Source of the DNA: Seison nebaliae
Taxonomy: Eukaryota
Length of the DNA stretch: 64,000 bases
Direction of reading: 5' to 3'
Assembly (NCBI GenBank): GCA_023231475.1
Contig: JALJEE010000092.1
Location: 1 to 64,000 of the forward strand
Part shown: piece by piece, positions 25,701 to 37,618 of the stretch
How positions within the stretch are numbered: position 1 is the first letter of the stretch
How the letters are laid out: every line of letters begins with the position of its first letter
Position numbers and translations under genes: made by a program
The notes under the pieces: model-generated
What the model was told of the DNA's origin: nothing
Database searches by the model: none
The model's input: only the letters and a program-made list of their open reading frames with translations

Positions 25701-27372
25701 AGATATATATCCACATTACAATCAACAACAACAACAACAACAGAAACTTCATCATCATCAACAACAGCAACAATATAATTACAGACAAATGACATCACAA
25801 GTGAAACAGTTTAAGGAGAAGAATAATATTAATAATATTAATAATAATAATAATAATAATTCAATTATCAAAAGTTCACAAACGAATAAAATGAATAACG
25901 GTAGTAATTCAATAATTGAGGAAATGAATATTGAGAATAATAAGAATGCTTTCAATAACAACAATACAAATAATTACCGTCATTATCATTCGAACAATTC
26001 GAGTGGTGCCACCAGCAAGAATGGTGAAAGAAATCATTCGATCATGAAAGAGAAGATTGATCATCATCAAACCATCTCCACCACAACCATGCCAGTTTCA
26101 AATTCTTCATTCTCTTCATCATCCTCTTCGTCATCGTCGTCCTCACCATTATCATCCACCTCCTCATCATCAACTAACATAGCGAACAATACTTATTCAA
26201 ATCGTTCCACTTCCAAACCATTTCCTTCTCAAATGAATTCTGAAGAACAATTGACTTTTTTCAATGGAAATCAAGAGATGAATCGGAAGAATTCTTATGA
26301 GAGACGTCCTCCTCCTCCATTACCTCATCAGACAATGAATACTGAAACGATTCCTGAAGAGATTGAAGGGAGGAAAGACAATTCGTTTACAAATCACAAC
26401 TTACCACCCAAATCCTCAGTGGACACGTCACTATTGAGTGACGAGCAACGACTATTATATGATTTGTTGAAGGAGAAGAAGAGTTTATCACAAGCTGAGA
26501 AACAGATGTTCCATCGTCTCAATCAAATAATTCAATCGAATAATAAACCACAGAATTCATATAGTATTGCTGAACAGCAAATGAATTTATCGATGACAGA
26601 TCATGAAATGAAACCTGTTCGACCACCTACACCAAATCGTTATGAACGTTCTGATAATTCAAGATCTGATCTCATTACTAATCATCATTATCATTATCAA
26701 TCTTCTCCCAAATCATCAGTCATTCCAAATATGACGCCACCACCTCCTCTTCCAATTCTCTCACCTCCCACACTCACAACCATCGACCGAGAAGGTGTCC
26801 ATCGTACCACTAAACTGTCTACGCAATTCACTTCTAAATCCTATTCAATTCCATCAACTTCCTTAACAACGGCATCATCATCCATCTCATATGGATTGGC
26901 ATCAATGAAATTGAATGAAAATACATCACAACAAATAAATAATAAATCATTATCTAATTCACTCGGTATAGAATATTCAACAGGTATATCATCATCATCA
27001 TTATCAACAACAACAACAGTAGCAACAACAACAACAAATGTTAACAATTCGGATAAACAAGAGAAATTATTCCAGATGAATGATATGAAATTGTTTATGG
27101 GAAATGGTGAACAGCGTGACGATGATACATTGAATAATGATGGTGGACCATCTGTTATCGGTTCCCAAGAAATATATCGAGATCCTCGTTTGAAAATCGA
27201 AGCACGACGCAAATTACCACCACAATGTAATGAAGCTGAGAAGTTGTCGTTTCATGATAAGATGCGATTATTTGCCTTCTCTAACGGCGACAAATGTACT
27301 CCACAAGAACGTCAACGTGTGCCTCGTGTCCAACGGGAATTAAGTGAGCAAATGGTCGACGGAATTATTTAA
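21691..27372 (+). CDS. AFDN: Afadin/canoe, single exon, 1893 aa (RA1, RA2, DIL, PDZ, C-terminal actin-binding motifs)
   Basis: LELFALSEPNENLEFHGVIRFYFQD, FTRSISNPE, GGTLKIYG, FKLSPTY, LAFWMANASE, VNAALTIQLFS, LPFLLPEDGYSC, PDZ GLGISII...DGRLHAGDQLLSVNG, VIGSQEIYRDPR and EKLSFHDKMRLF. Confidence 0.95.
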
Positions 27373-29720
27373 TAAAATTGAACTCCCTCACAACTTCCTT
27401 CACATATTCTTCTTCTTTTTCCGTCTCTTCAAAATCATGTATACGAATCGATGGATTGAATGTCGAAAGACATAAATGTAAAATTAATCAATCGTCTAGA
27501 CACCGTTCACATAAATTTTCTTTCAACCCAAATTCTATTATTCCATCATTCATAATCATTCTCTTTCCTACACTCGACATATGAAATTCACATAAACTTC
27601 AATTCTTTTCTTGCCATATTCTCTCCATCAAACCATGATCGTTATCTTTCTTATCTCTTATCTATCCAATCATCATCTCATCATTCTCCTTCAGATGCAC
27701 GAAAAGTGCACAATTCTTTGGGATAACGTCATTGCACGCTACCCACCAATTCAAACACTAATTTTCACTGAGAGCACATTTCTCTTTTCGGGAAAACGAC
27801 GGCTAATTTATTAACGGCTTTTTCCCATAAATGTCCGCAACAAATTTCCTTTATTCCATTCCAAGACACACACAAACACACAAACGCACACATTGCTCCT
27901 TTTTTTAAGAAATCTCTTCAAACAAATAAATAATTAACAAATTTTCTCCATATTATCACTTGTGCTAAAATCGAATAATATGTTTCGGAATATAACAACA
28001 GGTGCCATTCCATTTCTTGGAATTATATTTCATCATATTATGAAATTAGTAAGAATTATTTCCTCTCAAATTCAACGATTTCATTAAAAATATGTTTATC
28101 GGAAAAATCAATTTTTTTATTCGTACGATAAAATTTCAAGAGAATTCAATAAGTTTAAAGGTGCAACTCTCATGAAAATTCATGAACTCTAAAATTTCAG
28201 TAAATGGAAAAAATTCGTTGTATAGGAATTGTGCCGTGGCTCTTTTGTCTCGTGGCTCTTATGTCCTAGACTCGAAAATTAGGAATGAAGTTAAATGACG
28301 TATATACTTCAACCGAATTTTCAGATTATAATTCCATTTCTCTCTAATTGCATTGAAATTAGCACGTATTGTCGCCGATTGCGTGAAATAGAAGGAAGAT
28401 TGGATGAAATTGAAAAAAGCTTCAATTATGATAACTTCTCCATTTCATGTTGTTATGCCAACGTTGTTGGATTTGATTGGAAGGAAGAATTTGATGAATT
28501 CTTATAAAGGAAAATTAATAAATGAAACTTCTCTTATATGTTTTTCCATCTAAATATATTTATTCGCAGTTGTTCCACTATTCGAATGAAAGTGGTATGA
28601 TTATTTTATGAATTTGGGAAAGAAGAATTTATTTCTTCTCCTTCCAGTCAGAACTCTTTCTCCCTTCTTCTATTCGATAAAAAAAATTCCTTCAAAATTT
28701 TCTCCAAATTCTCATTATCAAACTAATTAAATTTTTATTCATTTTGGTAGAAGTGAAATTCCCAAATCGGTTGATGGAGAGTAATATTCGGACATTTTCG
28801 AAGCGAGCCACATATACAATGGATTTGTTGACTTGAACAATTATAATTATCAAAGATCAAGAACAGTAATAAATTGGAAAAGAAAATCGATTTAAATCAA
28901 AAACGAAAACATTAATGGCCTTCAATGTGGAATCAGCAAGTTTTCATATTGCAACGTCAACAATAAGATTGTTCGAAGCCTTCAGCAACTCTCCTCAGGA
29001 TATTCCGTCCATCTCCACATTTCATACAAAACACGATTCTTACGAATTTTATGTCAACTCTTTTCTCCAATCATTGTCGTCAATTCTCTTTTGAACAAAT
29101 CATGCCTGGTGGAAATCATTCGAATCAATCGATGTATAACAAGAATTTACAATAAATCTTATAATTAACCGTCGAACAAGTAAATCCCTTTCAAATTAAT
29201 CAACCTTCCTCCTAAAAAAGAAAAAAGAAACACGTAGGAAGAAGGACAAATCGATTTTATTCCAACCCTCAGTTCAGAAACTGAATATTGTTTGAAAAAA
29301 TTAATTTTGTTATTTCTCTTCGAAACTTGAAAAATTGTTCAATTTATCGTTTATTAATATCAATAAGCGACAACTAATATATTACCAACACTACTCTTGT
29401 GCAATTACATACTTTCTCCATACACAACTTAATTCGGAGCACTCTACTGTGAACTACGACGAAGAAACAATGAACATATATTGAACCAACAACAACTTCT
29501 CGTAAGTAGGAAAACTTGTTAATTTTATTAAACAATTCTCCCCATCAACAAAACAACAAACCAAAGAAACGGATCAAAATATATTTGAAATATATCGATG
29601 TCGCTCAATCTCTCCAGAAATTTCTCAGACAAATAGAAATTTGATAGAACAAGACAATTGCATCAAAAACGGAAATTAATTCGAGTTTAATATTGTCAAC
29701 AACATCTGAATGGTTAATTA

Positions 29721-31950
29721 ATGAAGACATTAAAATTTTCTTTGACACAAGAAAATATCGATTTTGGCCAAATCAATTTTCCATCAACATCATCATCATT
29801 CAACACCTATTCATTCAAGAAGTCACCATCGTGTGTAGATAGTATATGTCGTCGCAAACTGTCAATTCTAACCAGTTCTGATATTGATGACTCGGTAGAT
29901 CCCAATCGCCAATTGAAAACTTCTCGACTTAGCATTCATGTTGGTGGTGGAAATACAAGTAAATCGTCCTTCCTTCAAAATGGTTTATTTTATAATCGAG
30001 CATCCTTCTCTTATGATACGTTACTAGAGAAATCGACATCAAAAAATAAAAATTCTTCAATTGTTGTGGAGCAATTGCAATTGTCGAAGCCAGTCAGAGA
30101 ACCAAAATCGACAATCGGTGAATATAATATTTATGAGAAAATTGGAACTGGCAACTTCTCTCAAGTTCGTCTTGGTGTTCATCGTTTGATCAATGGTTTC
30201 CTTTCTTTTCATTTCTTCATTTTTTCATCCGTCGGTTGTAGAAAAAGTTGCAATTAAGATTGTGGAAAGGACAAAATTAGAAGAGAAAACAAAGAAATTG
30301 TTATCGAGAGAAATTGGAAATTTAGAGAATTTATCTCATCAACATATTATTCGTTTATATGAAGTGGTGGAAACGACGAGTAAGATGTATATCATTGGAG
30401 AGTATGCACCAGGGGGTGAATTACATTCACGCATCATAGCCGAGGGACATTTAGAGGATGGTTATGCGAGTTTTTTGTTTGCTCAAATTATTTCTGGTCT
30501 TAATTATTTGGTTAATTTTTTCCTTCAAATTTATTCTTTTCAAATTATCCTCTCCCCACGAAACTAAATTGCCTTTTTCATCATTTTAAATTAAATTTAT
30601 TATTTCAAATTTCCATCATATCTTAAATCCATTTCGATTCGACTGTTAAATAATCGAAAATTTCACCTTTTTTTTTAAAGAACTTCAATCTATGAAAATT
30701 CTCTTAATATATTTTCTTTCCATTCTCTATGAAACTTCATTCAGTAGCATGAGAATCATATTATTCATCGAGATCTGAAAGCTGAAAACATTTTCTTCTA
30801 TTCCGATAACGTTGTTAAGATTGGAGATTTCGGATTTTCGATTCATGCTGAGAAGAATAAACATCTCAACACATTCTGTGGTTCCCCACCATATGCAGCA
30901 CCCGAATTATACACAGATGATTATTATAATGGGGAAGCTGTTGATATTTGGGCATGTGGAATATTATTATATTTCATGGTGACGGGAACAATGCCATTTC
31001 GTGCCGATTCCATGTCAAGATTACGACAATTGATTATTAATGGAAAATATTCGATTCCTAAAAGCATTTCGACTGACTGTCAATTTATAATTGAACGACT
31101 TTTGAGACAATCGTGGAAAGAACGGATGTCACTTAAATTGATTATGGGAACGAGTTGGTTAGAGAATGAAACGTTCGCGAATGACGAGTTGAAATATGTG
31201 AGATATCCTAATCGAATATTCTCATCAAAAGGATCTGATCGATCGTCAGTAACCACGGAAATCTCATCGATATGTGCAAAATCGAAAAAATCAAAAATTG
31301 ATCAATTTCTGTTATTTGCCAATATTGGAATAAATATGGATAAGAAGAATGATATTAATCGATTCCTGAAACGATTAGAGCGATCGATTACTTACGTCCA
31401 ATTAAGAGATCTGGAGCTTGATCACATGATAAAAGATGAAAAGAATATTCGATCATCATTAACTGGAATTAAACGCATCATTCAACATCGTGTTCAGAAG
31501 CAAGTTAGCAAAGTCATTTATAATGCCTTACACAATTCCAACGAATCATTGCGAGAACAGTTCACGACAGTGTTGAGAACAGCGAAGAAAGCTGAAGAGA
31601 ATTCAGATAAGACTCTTTTAAAAAGAATCAAACTAATTCTTCTTGAGCATCATCCAATTAACTTAACCGATTCAAATGGAAATATAAATCGGAATAACTT
31701 ATTTAACGAAACTGTAATTCCGGGTGGGACGACACCGCAAGCTGAAAAACGATTATCCACTTCTACGTTCAATTCGAAAATGTTGACATTGGCTCCGGTT
31801 ATACCGCCAACACCAGCAGCCCGGTTGGAACGTGTCCGATTAAAATCCAGAAATAGTCGTCGAGTTGTACCAGATACTGCAAATAGAACTAATTGGAACA
31901 ATGGAGTGGGTGGGACGAAATCAAAATCGAAAACTTGTACAATTTTATAG
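29721..31950 (+). CDS. NIM1K: NIM1-like AMPK-related Ser/Thr kinase, 3 exons (29721-30195, 30242-30510, 30748-31950), 648 aa
   Basis: IGTGNFSQVRLGVH, KLLSREI, HRDLKAENIFF, LNTFCGSPPYAAPEL, YFMVTGTMPFRAD and IRSSLTGI.RI motifs; C-terminal CTIL. The start codon is the least certain part. Confidence 0.9.
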
Positions 31951-32276
31951 GTTGAAATTTCTTTAAGAAATTTTTTGTAAATTCCATTTGGACAAATAAT
32001 AAAATTACTGACATAATTCAGTCAAACTTATTTACTTGTTAGTTAATGTTCTTATAAAATAAATTCTATGAGTTCTTTTAACTTTTCTTCTGAAATAGAT
32101 TTCGACCAGTATTAGAATTTTAGTTGTTTCAAGTTCTCATTTCTCGTTTTTATTATGATTTCACTTATTACGTAGGGAAAATTTAAGATTTCTTTATAAT
32201 TGAGGGGTTCACAGAGTTTTTTTTTCCGTAATAATTAGAATAACTCAAATAATGTGAAGTGTTTAGAAGGATTGGG

Positions 32277-32349
32277 GGACAGATCGTAACCCTATATAAA
32301 AATTATGTAGCGCACAGTTCTCAACCCAAAAAAAGGACAGTTCTCAACC
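32277..32349. repeat. Dispersed repeat copy related to the 2207-2557 element
   Basis: GGACAGATCGTAACCCTATATAAAAATTATGTAGCGCACAGTTCTCA is a near reverse complement of ~2492-2538. The motif GGACAGWTCTCAACC recurs at ~32335 and ~33064. Confidence 0.7.
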
Positions 32350-34793
32350 TCAAAACATACGGATCTGAAATCCAGAAAAATCTGAAAAGATTGTAACCGT
32401 ACATAAAAATTCTCAAAAAAGCAGTTATTAAGTTATAATTATGTAATTGTATGAATTATTATTATTAATTATTTATTATAATATATAACCTAATAATAAG
32501 AATAAAGATTTTTCCAAAATTAAGATTTTAAATTTGTTCTGACGAAAAATTAAGAAGATTGTTATTTATTTTTTGAAATCAAATAGAATAGAAATTTTAA
32601 CGGAATTTAACTTTCATAAAATATAGTATCGATTCCCACAAAAAAAGAAGATACATTTCTTATGTTAAAATTAACTGAAGCGATTTGTGAGATAGTCTTT
32701 ATTTGAATATAAGTGGTGAGATAGAGAAATAGAAGTGAGAAGAGAACAAGTATTACCGAGCAGTATGAGAATGAGAAATATATCTTCAATTGTTTTGTCT
32801 TGAACGACTTAACGAATGCGGGGTAGAAATCAGGTAAATGTTCTATTTCGGTGACTGCTTTTATATTCATTCCAAAATGCTTCGACTTCCATTCGAGTTC
32901 ACGATATGATCGTTACATAACTACTAATTTTTCAGTTTCTCATCTTTCACTCTATCGGATAATCTTTTTCTCTTTTTCTCGCCTTTCCGGAAACGATCCA
33001 TTTGCACTTTTTCATAATTGAAACAATGTTTCAATGTAAAATGTTTTAGAAACATTTCATTTAGGACAGATCTCAACCCCATAAATAGTTTTTCGATGAT
33101 ATCTCAAAGGATTTTTTGAGGAAGAAATTCTGTGGGAGGCAAATTTTTTTTGCAATACTTCTGATATTCTCCATAAGTATCTTCATTATAATCTTCTGCC
33201 CATTCCTCCATTCTTAAATCGTCCGATTCCATGAAACAATCCATTTAGGATTAAAAATGAAGAATCCAATAACTTGATTCAAAATATATAGAAATATACA
33301 GTAATCGGACACTTTTACGTTTTTATAAAACAGGTCATAACTTCTGTTCTATGAAGTATCTTTTGTAAAGGTCGGTATCACAAAATAGCCCTATTCAAGC
33401 TCTTAAAGATAGTGCAAAAAAATTTGAAAATTATAGATTTTTTTTGATTTTTGTAGAAATATGACGCCATTTTGTGAAAAATGTGGAAATTTTATCATTT
33501 TTTCTACAAAAATTGAGAAGAAACTAAAAAATGCTCGTTACAGTAATTGGAATAATGAACGAAATTCTGCGTGTTTGTTTTATAGTGGATGATTTATGTA
33601 AATGACATGCGTAATCCAACCTGCACCCTTCATGGAACGGAGGTGTCATGATGTCACGTTAACCTGATGTTGGAGTGATTACAGAATAATTCAATAAAGG
33701 TATATCGGAACGTGTTCCACATACTGCAATGATTTAGTGAGTAGTTGTGAAAATTAGAATCATTGATTGACTTGTTATGATGAGTATAAATTATGAATCC
33801 GAAACGTGAATGTCTCATAGTTGGAACTTTTATGTCCAGTTCTCCATTCATTTTTCTCCTTTTTCCATTGAGACTCGGGCCGAGTTTGTATTTGAGTTCA
33901 ACTATTTGGTATGGACGATTGGTGTATTATTTATTTGGTTGCGTATGCCGCAGTTGAATATTTCTTCGATTCATATCCATTGCGAGAACTGTCAAATAAA
34001 CAAGTTGGCAAACAGTCACATCAGGGGAGCCACGCGAATTGATGCATTCGTAAATGATATTAAGTTTTAAGTCTTTTCTTTGTTTTAATTATAGTCGCTA
34101 CAGTTAACAAAGATGATTATCCTCCGATGGCCTAAACAGAGAATGCTGCAGGAGAAGTAAACCTTTAGCGGTCCAATTATAGAAATAAATAATTAAAGTA
34201 AAAAAAATAGCTCATAAAAACCGGACGTGATGTGTTAACAACGAAAAATGACGAAAAAGAATCATCAATTTCAGATGATATTGAAAAATTGGTTAAATGA
34301 ACATCCCAGAAAGAACAATTTTAAATAAATTATTTTGTTTGTTTATATTCTTAAAAAATTGTTCGTCGGTTTTTTATCTATAAAACATTTGAACTCGATT
34401 GATTAGATAAACTGATGAATAGTAAATAAAGATTTTCTGTAAGATAATTTTTATATGATTCACACATGTGGATGAATGTGACTAAATTGATAAGTCCAAA
34501 ATGAAAGAGAAAATATTAATAAATTTATATATATAATTAATTGAATTGATTAAATTGATTTGTTTTCAAATAATTCAATATAAATACGGAAAAGATATGT
34601 GGATCTTTCACGTGGGAAAATAAAGAAAGAGAATAAATTCTGAATGATAAATGCGGAACTGAAATAATTTTTACTGTTACAATCTCAACCATTAAATTTT
34701 CACTTCTTTTCTAAAATTTCATTAAAGTCTTTCCTTTCTCTGATTTTTCGTCTTTCATCGATTATCGATCGATTATTCGTAGCAGAGTTGTAA

Positions 34794-37618
34794 CTAATCA
34801 GGTTGTAAGAGCAGTTGTTTTCGCTGATGATGAGAAGTCGATGTGGAATTATTACTTGTTGTTGAATGATGGGGAGATTGATGGTGTTGGGAGGAATGAT
34901 GCTAAAAAATTTGAAAAGAAATTTTAGTTTTCAGAAATAAAATTGAAATATTTTTCAAATTTTTCAAATAGAATTTTTTCCACAATTTCCAATTTTTAAT
35001 ATTGAATTACTTTTAAAAGGAATTATATTGAACACTAACTGAAGATGACATCATTGGCATACCAAGTTGACTGTTGGCATGCGTTAATTCAACACCATAA
35101 ATTTTAGAGGCTTTCTCTGACACGTTATATGTTTGTTGAGATTTGACTAATGTGTCGGAGAGAGCGATATGCCACTCAGTATAAGATACGTCATCCGGCG
35201 GAGACAATTGCACTTTCGGCTCACTGTTACCTCTCAAATAGATTGTGATCGTTTTCTGCGTTTTCATTTCTTTCGCATCGATACTATCAATTCTTTCCAT
35301 GGTAAAAACCTGAAAGAAGTAAATATGAAAGGAAACGGAGGAATGTTTAAAATGAACTTCTGGATCACGGTCTTTATTCTCGTAATATAATTCAAGTCGA
35401 TTCGGAAACAATTTAGCGTAGCGCGTCTGCCAAGTAAAGCCAAATGTACCTGTATTCTTCTTCAACTGTCCTTGAAGAATGAGATCTGATGTTTTTTCAT
35501 CATCCCACAAACTCTTCAATTTCACTTTTTTCTTCATTTCAATCTTATCTGTGTCCACATTTACCGTATCGAAAACGGTTTCTTTGTTTTGAAAAAAAAT
35601 TTTACTAATGTTAAATAAAAGGGAAGGAAATACCTGTAATTTCTTGTTGCCAACGATCTGAAATGACAATAGGAAAATTTTTATACAATTCTTGATCGAC
35701 TTCACTCAACTGGAAAAAATATTGAATATTTGAGATGATTCGAAATAAAAAAATTAACTTTGATACCTTTCGTATCTTCTTCATCAAAATTGCCGATGTC
35801 AAATGCATCAGCTGCATTCACTTCACCTCGTGGAGGTACAAGTGGTGGCGTATATTTTTGAAGATAGACCATCTTCCAATCGATATCACAGAAGAATGGA
35901 TGATTCTTTAATTCGAGTGCACCTAAACCGAAAGAAGATCCTAATCTTCTATCCGGTTCCCGTTGAAGTAATCCTTCCAATAGTGATCTCATTTCATTGG
36001 AGAGAGAGTCAGGTAAATCGACCGCCATTGTCATTGTTAATTTATCAATTTCCTGTTTGTCTTTTGTTTTATGATGTCGGAAAGGACTATGTCCCTTCAA
36101 TAGTTTGTACAACATGCAACCAAATGAGAACCAATCGGCAGTGGAATCATATGCGACACCTTTCGCCAGAACTTCTGGTGCCATGTAGCCGTGAGTGCCA
36201 ACGGAAGCATGTGGTCTCTTCTTCACAAAATCACAAGCAAGTCCGAGATCTGATATGCGAACATGTCCATGTTCATCCAACAGAATATTCGCTGGCTATA
36301 AACGAAAGTAAAATTTAAAAATAAAGATAAATCACATTTGGAGACCTTTAGATCACGATAGACGATATTATTCGTATGCATATGTTCCAAACCGAGAATT
36401 ACTTCCGCTGCATAAAATTTCACTTCTTGTTCGGTGAAGACTCCATGTTGTGAGAGATGATAATGTAAATCTCCTCCGTTCATCAGATCGAGAATAAAGC
36501 ATAATTTATCTGGCGTATGGAATGCATATGTTGTGCACACAATGAATGGACATCCTTCCTATGGAAATTGAGCAGAGATTGGAAACTGATGAATTATGAG
36601 AGACTAACGCCCTGACTGACAATTGATAACATGACACGTTCGTTCAATGCCAACGATTCGCCTTGTTTCATTTTAATTCGTTTCTTGTCTAAACATTTCA
36701 TCGCATACATCTTCCCTGTATCGGCTTTTCGACAACCGTAAACTTCACCGAAACCTCCACGGCCAATTATTCGATGAACACTAAAATCATTCATTGTTAA
36801 CTGAATGAGATGAGAAGATGGAATTTAGGAAGATATTTATATAAAGTGGAACTGTAATGTTCAATTCTAAATTTTTCCATTGACAATATCTGGTGAATTG
36901 ATCGCTTTCCAGGAATTTGGTAAAAACTCTTCCCATTAGCGAACGGCAAATCTCTTCTTTATATGGCTAATTTTAAAGGAGATAAACAATCAGGAAATAT
37001 TAGAGAGAAACCTCAAATAAAACAGAGGCGAGAGGTATCGATGGATTCGATGAACTGTATTTAGATAAATGATGTTGTACTGACTCAACGGCAGTCTTGG
37101 AATAAGTCTAAAAAAATGATAAATTTTTTCTCATTTTCTTTTAAAACGAAAAGGAACGTGTGAACTAGAGAGAAGTTCTTTCATAATATATTGGTCGTAT
37201 ATCTCCTTGGAAGCAGCCCATCTTTCATCATCCGTCTCTAACTTCTCAAATCGTTTTATCTTCAAGAAAACTTTTTCAAAATTTCAAATAGGAATTTAAT
37301 GTAACTTCTTCATAAAATTTGAGTTGTGGAACAGATTCATCATAATAATTATTACAAAATTCTTTAAATAGAAGAAATCCTGAATAAACATAAATTAGAA
37401 GAATGTGAAGAATTTGAAGAAAAGAAACCAATTTTTTGATTGAAAATCTTCTCGAAATTATGCTCGTTATTTCTCATTAAATGTTTCTGCATTACACTTC
37501 TAACGGTTGGATCAGGCAAAAGAATCTTTTTACTTGCTCTGGCGGCTGGTGTCGATTTCGATTTTTCCATGGCCATCAGGTAACTGACATCGGCCAAAAC
37601 TGCTTCGAGATCAGCCAT
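34794..37618 (-). CDS. GRK2: G-protein-coupled receptor kinase of the GRK2/3 (Gprk1) type, 12 exons, 731 aa. Exons 37429-37618, 37306-37379, 37158-37259, 37012-37107, 36853-36966, 36609-36800, 36346-36558, 35759-36295, 35634-35709, 35358-35581, 35040-35309, 34794-34901
   Basis: [22 protein letters not shown]-terminus, RH domain, [65 protein letters not shown] and PH domain [14 protein letters not shown]. All 11 introns keep frame; the last exon is the least certain. Confidence 0.97.

Noticed and set aside
22093..27212. Antisense and alternate-frame ORFs within afadin (and similar ones in mitofusin, MEK, NIM1K and GRK)
   Set aside because: Shadow frames of real coding sequence and codon repeats, with no independent motifs.
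32607..34130. Decayed coding-like sequence next to repeat motifs
   Set aside because: Multiple stops and no transposase or other family motif identifiable by eye.
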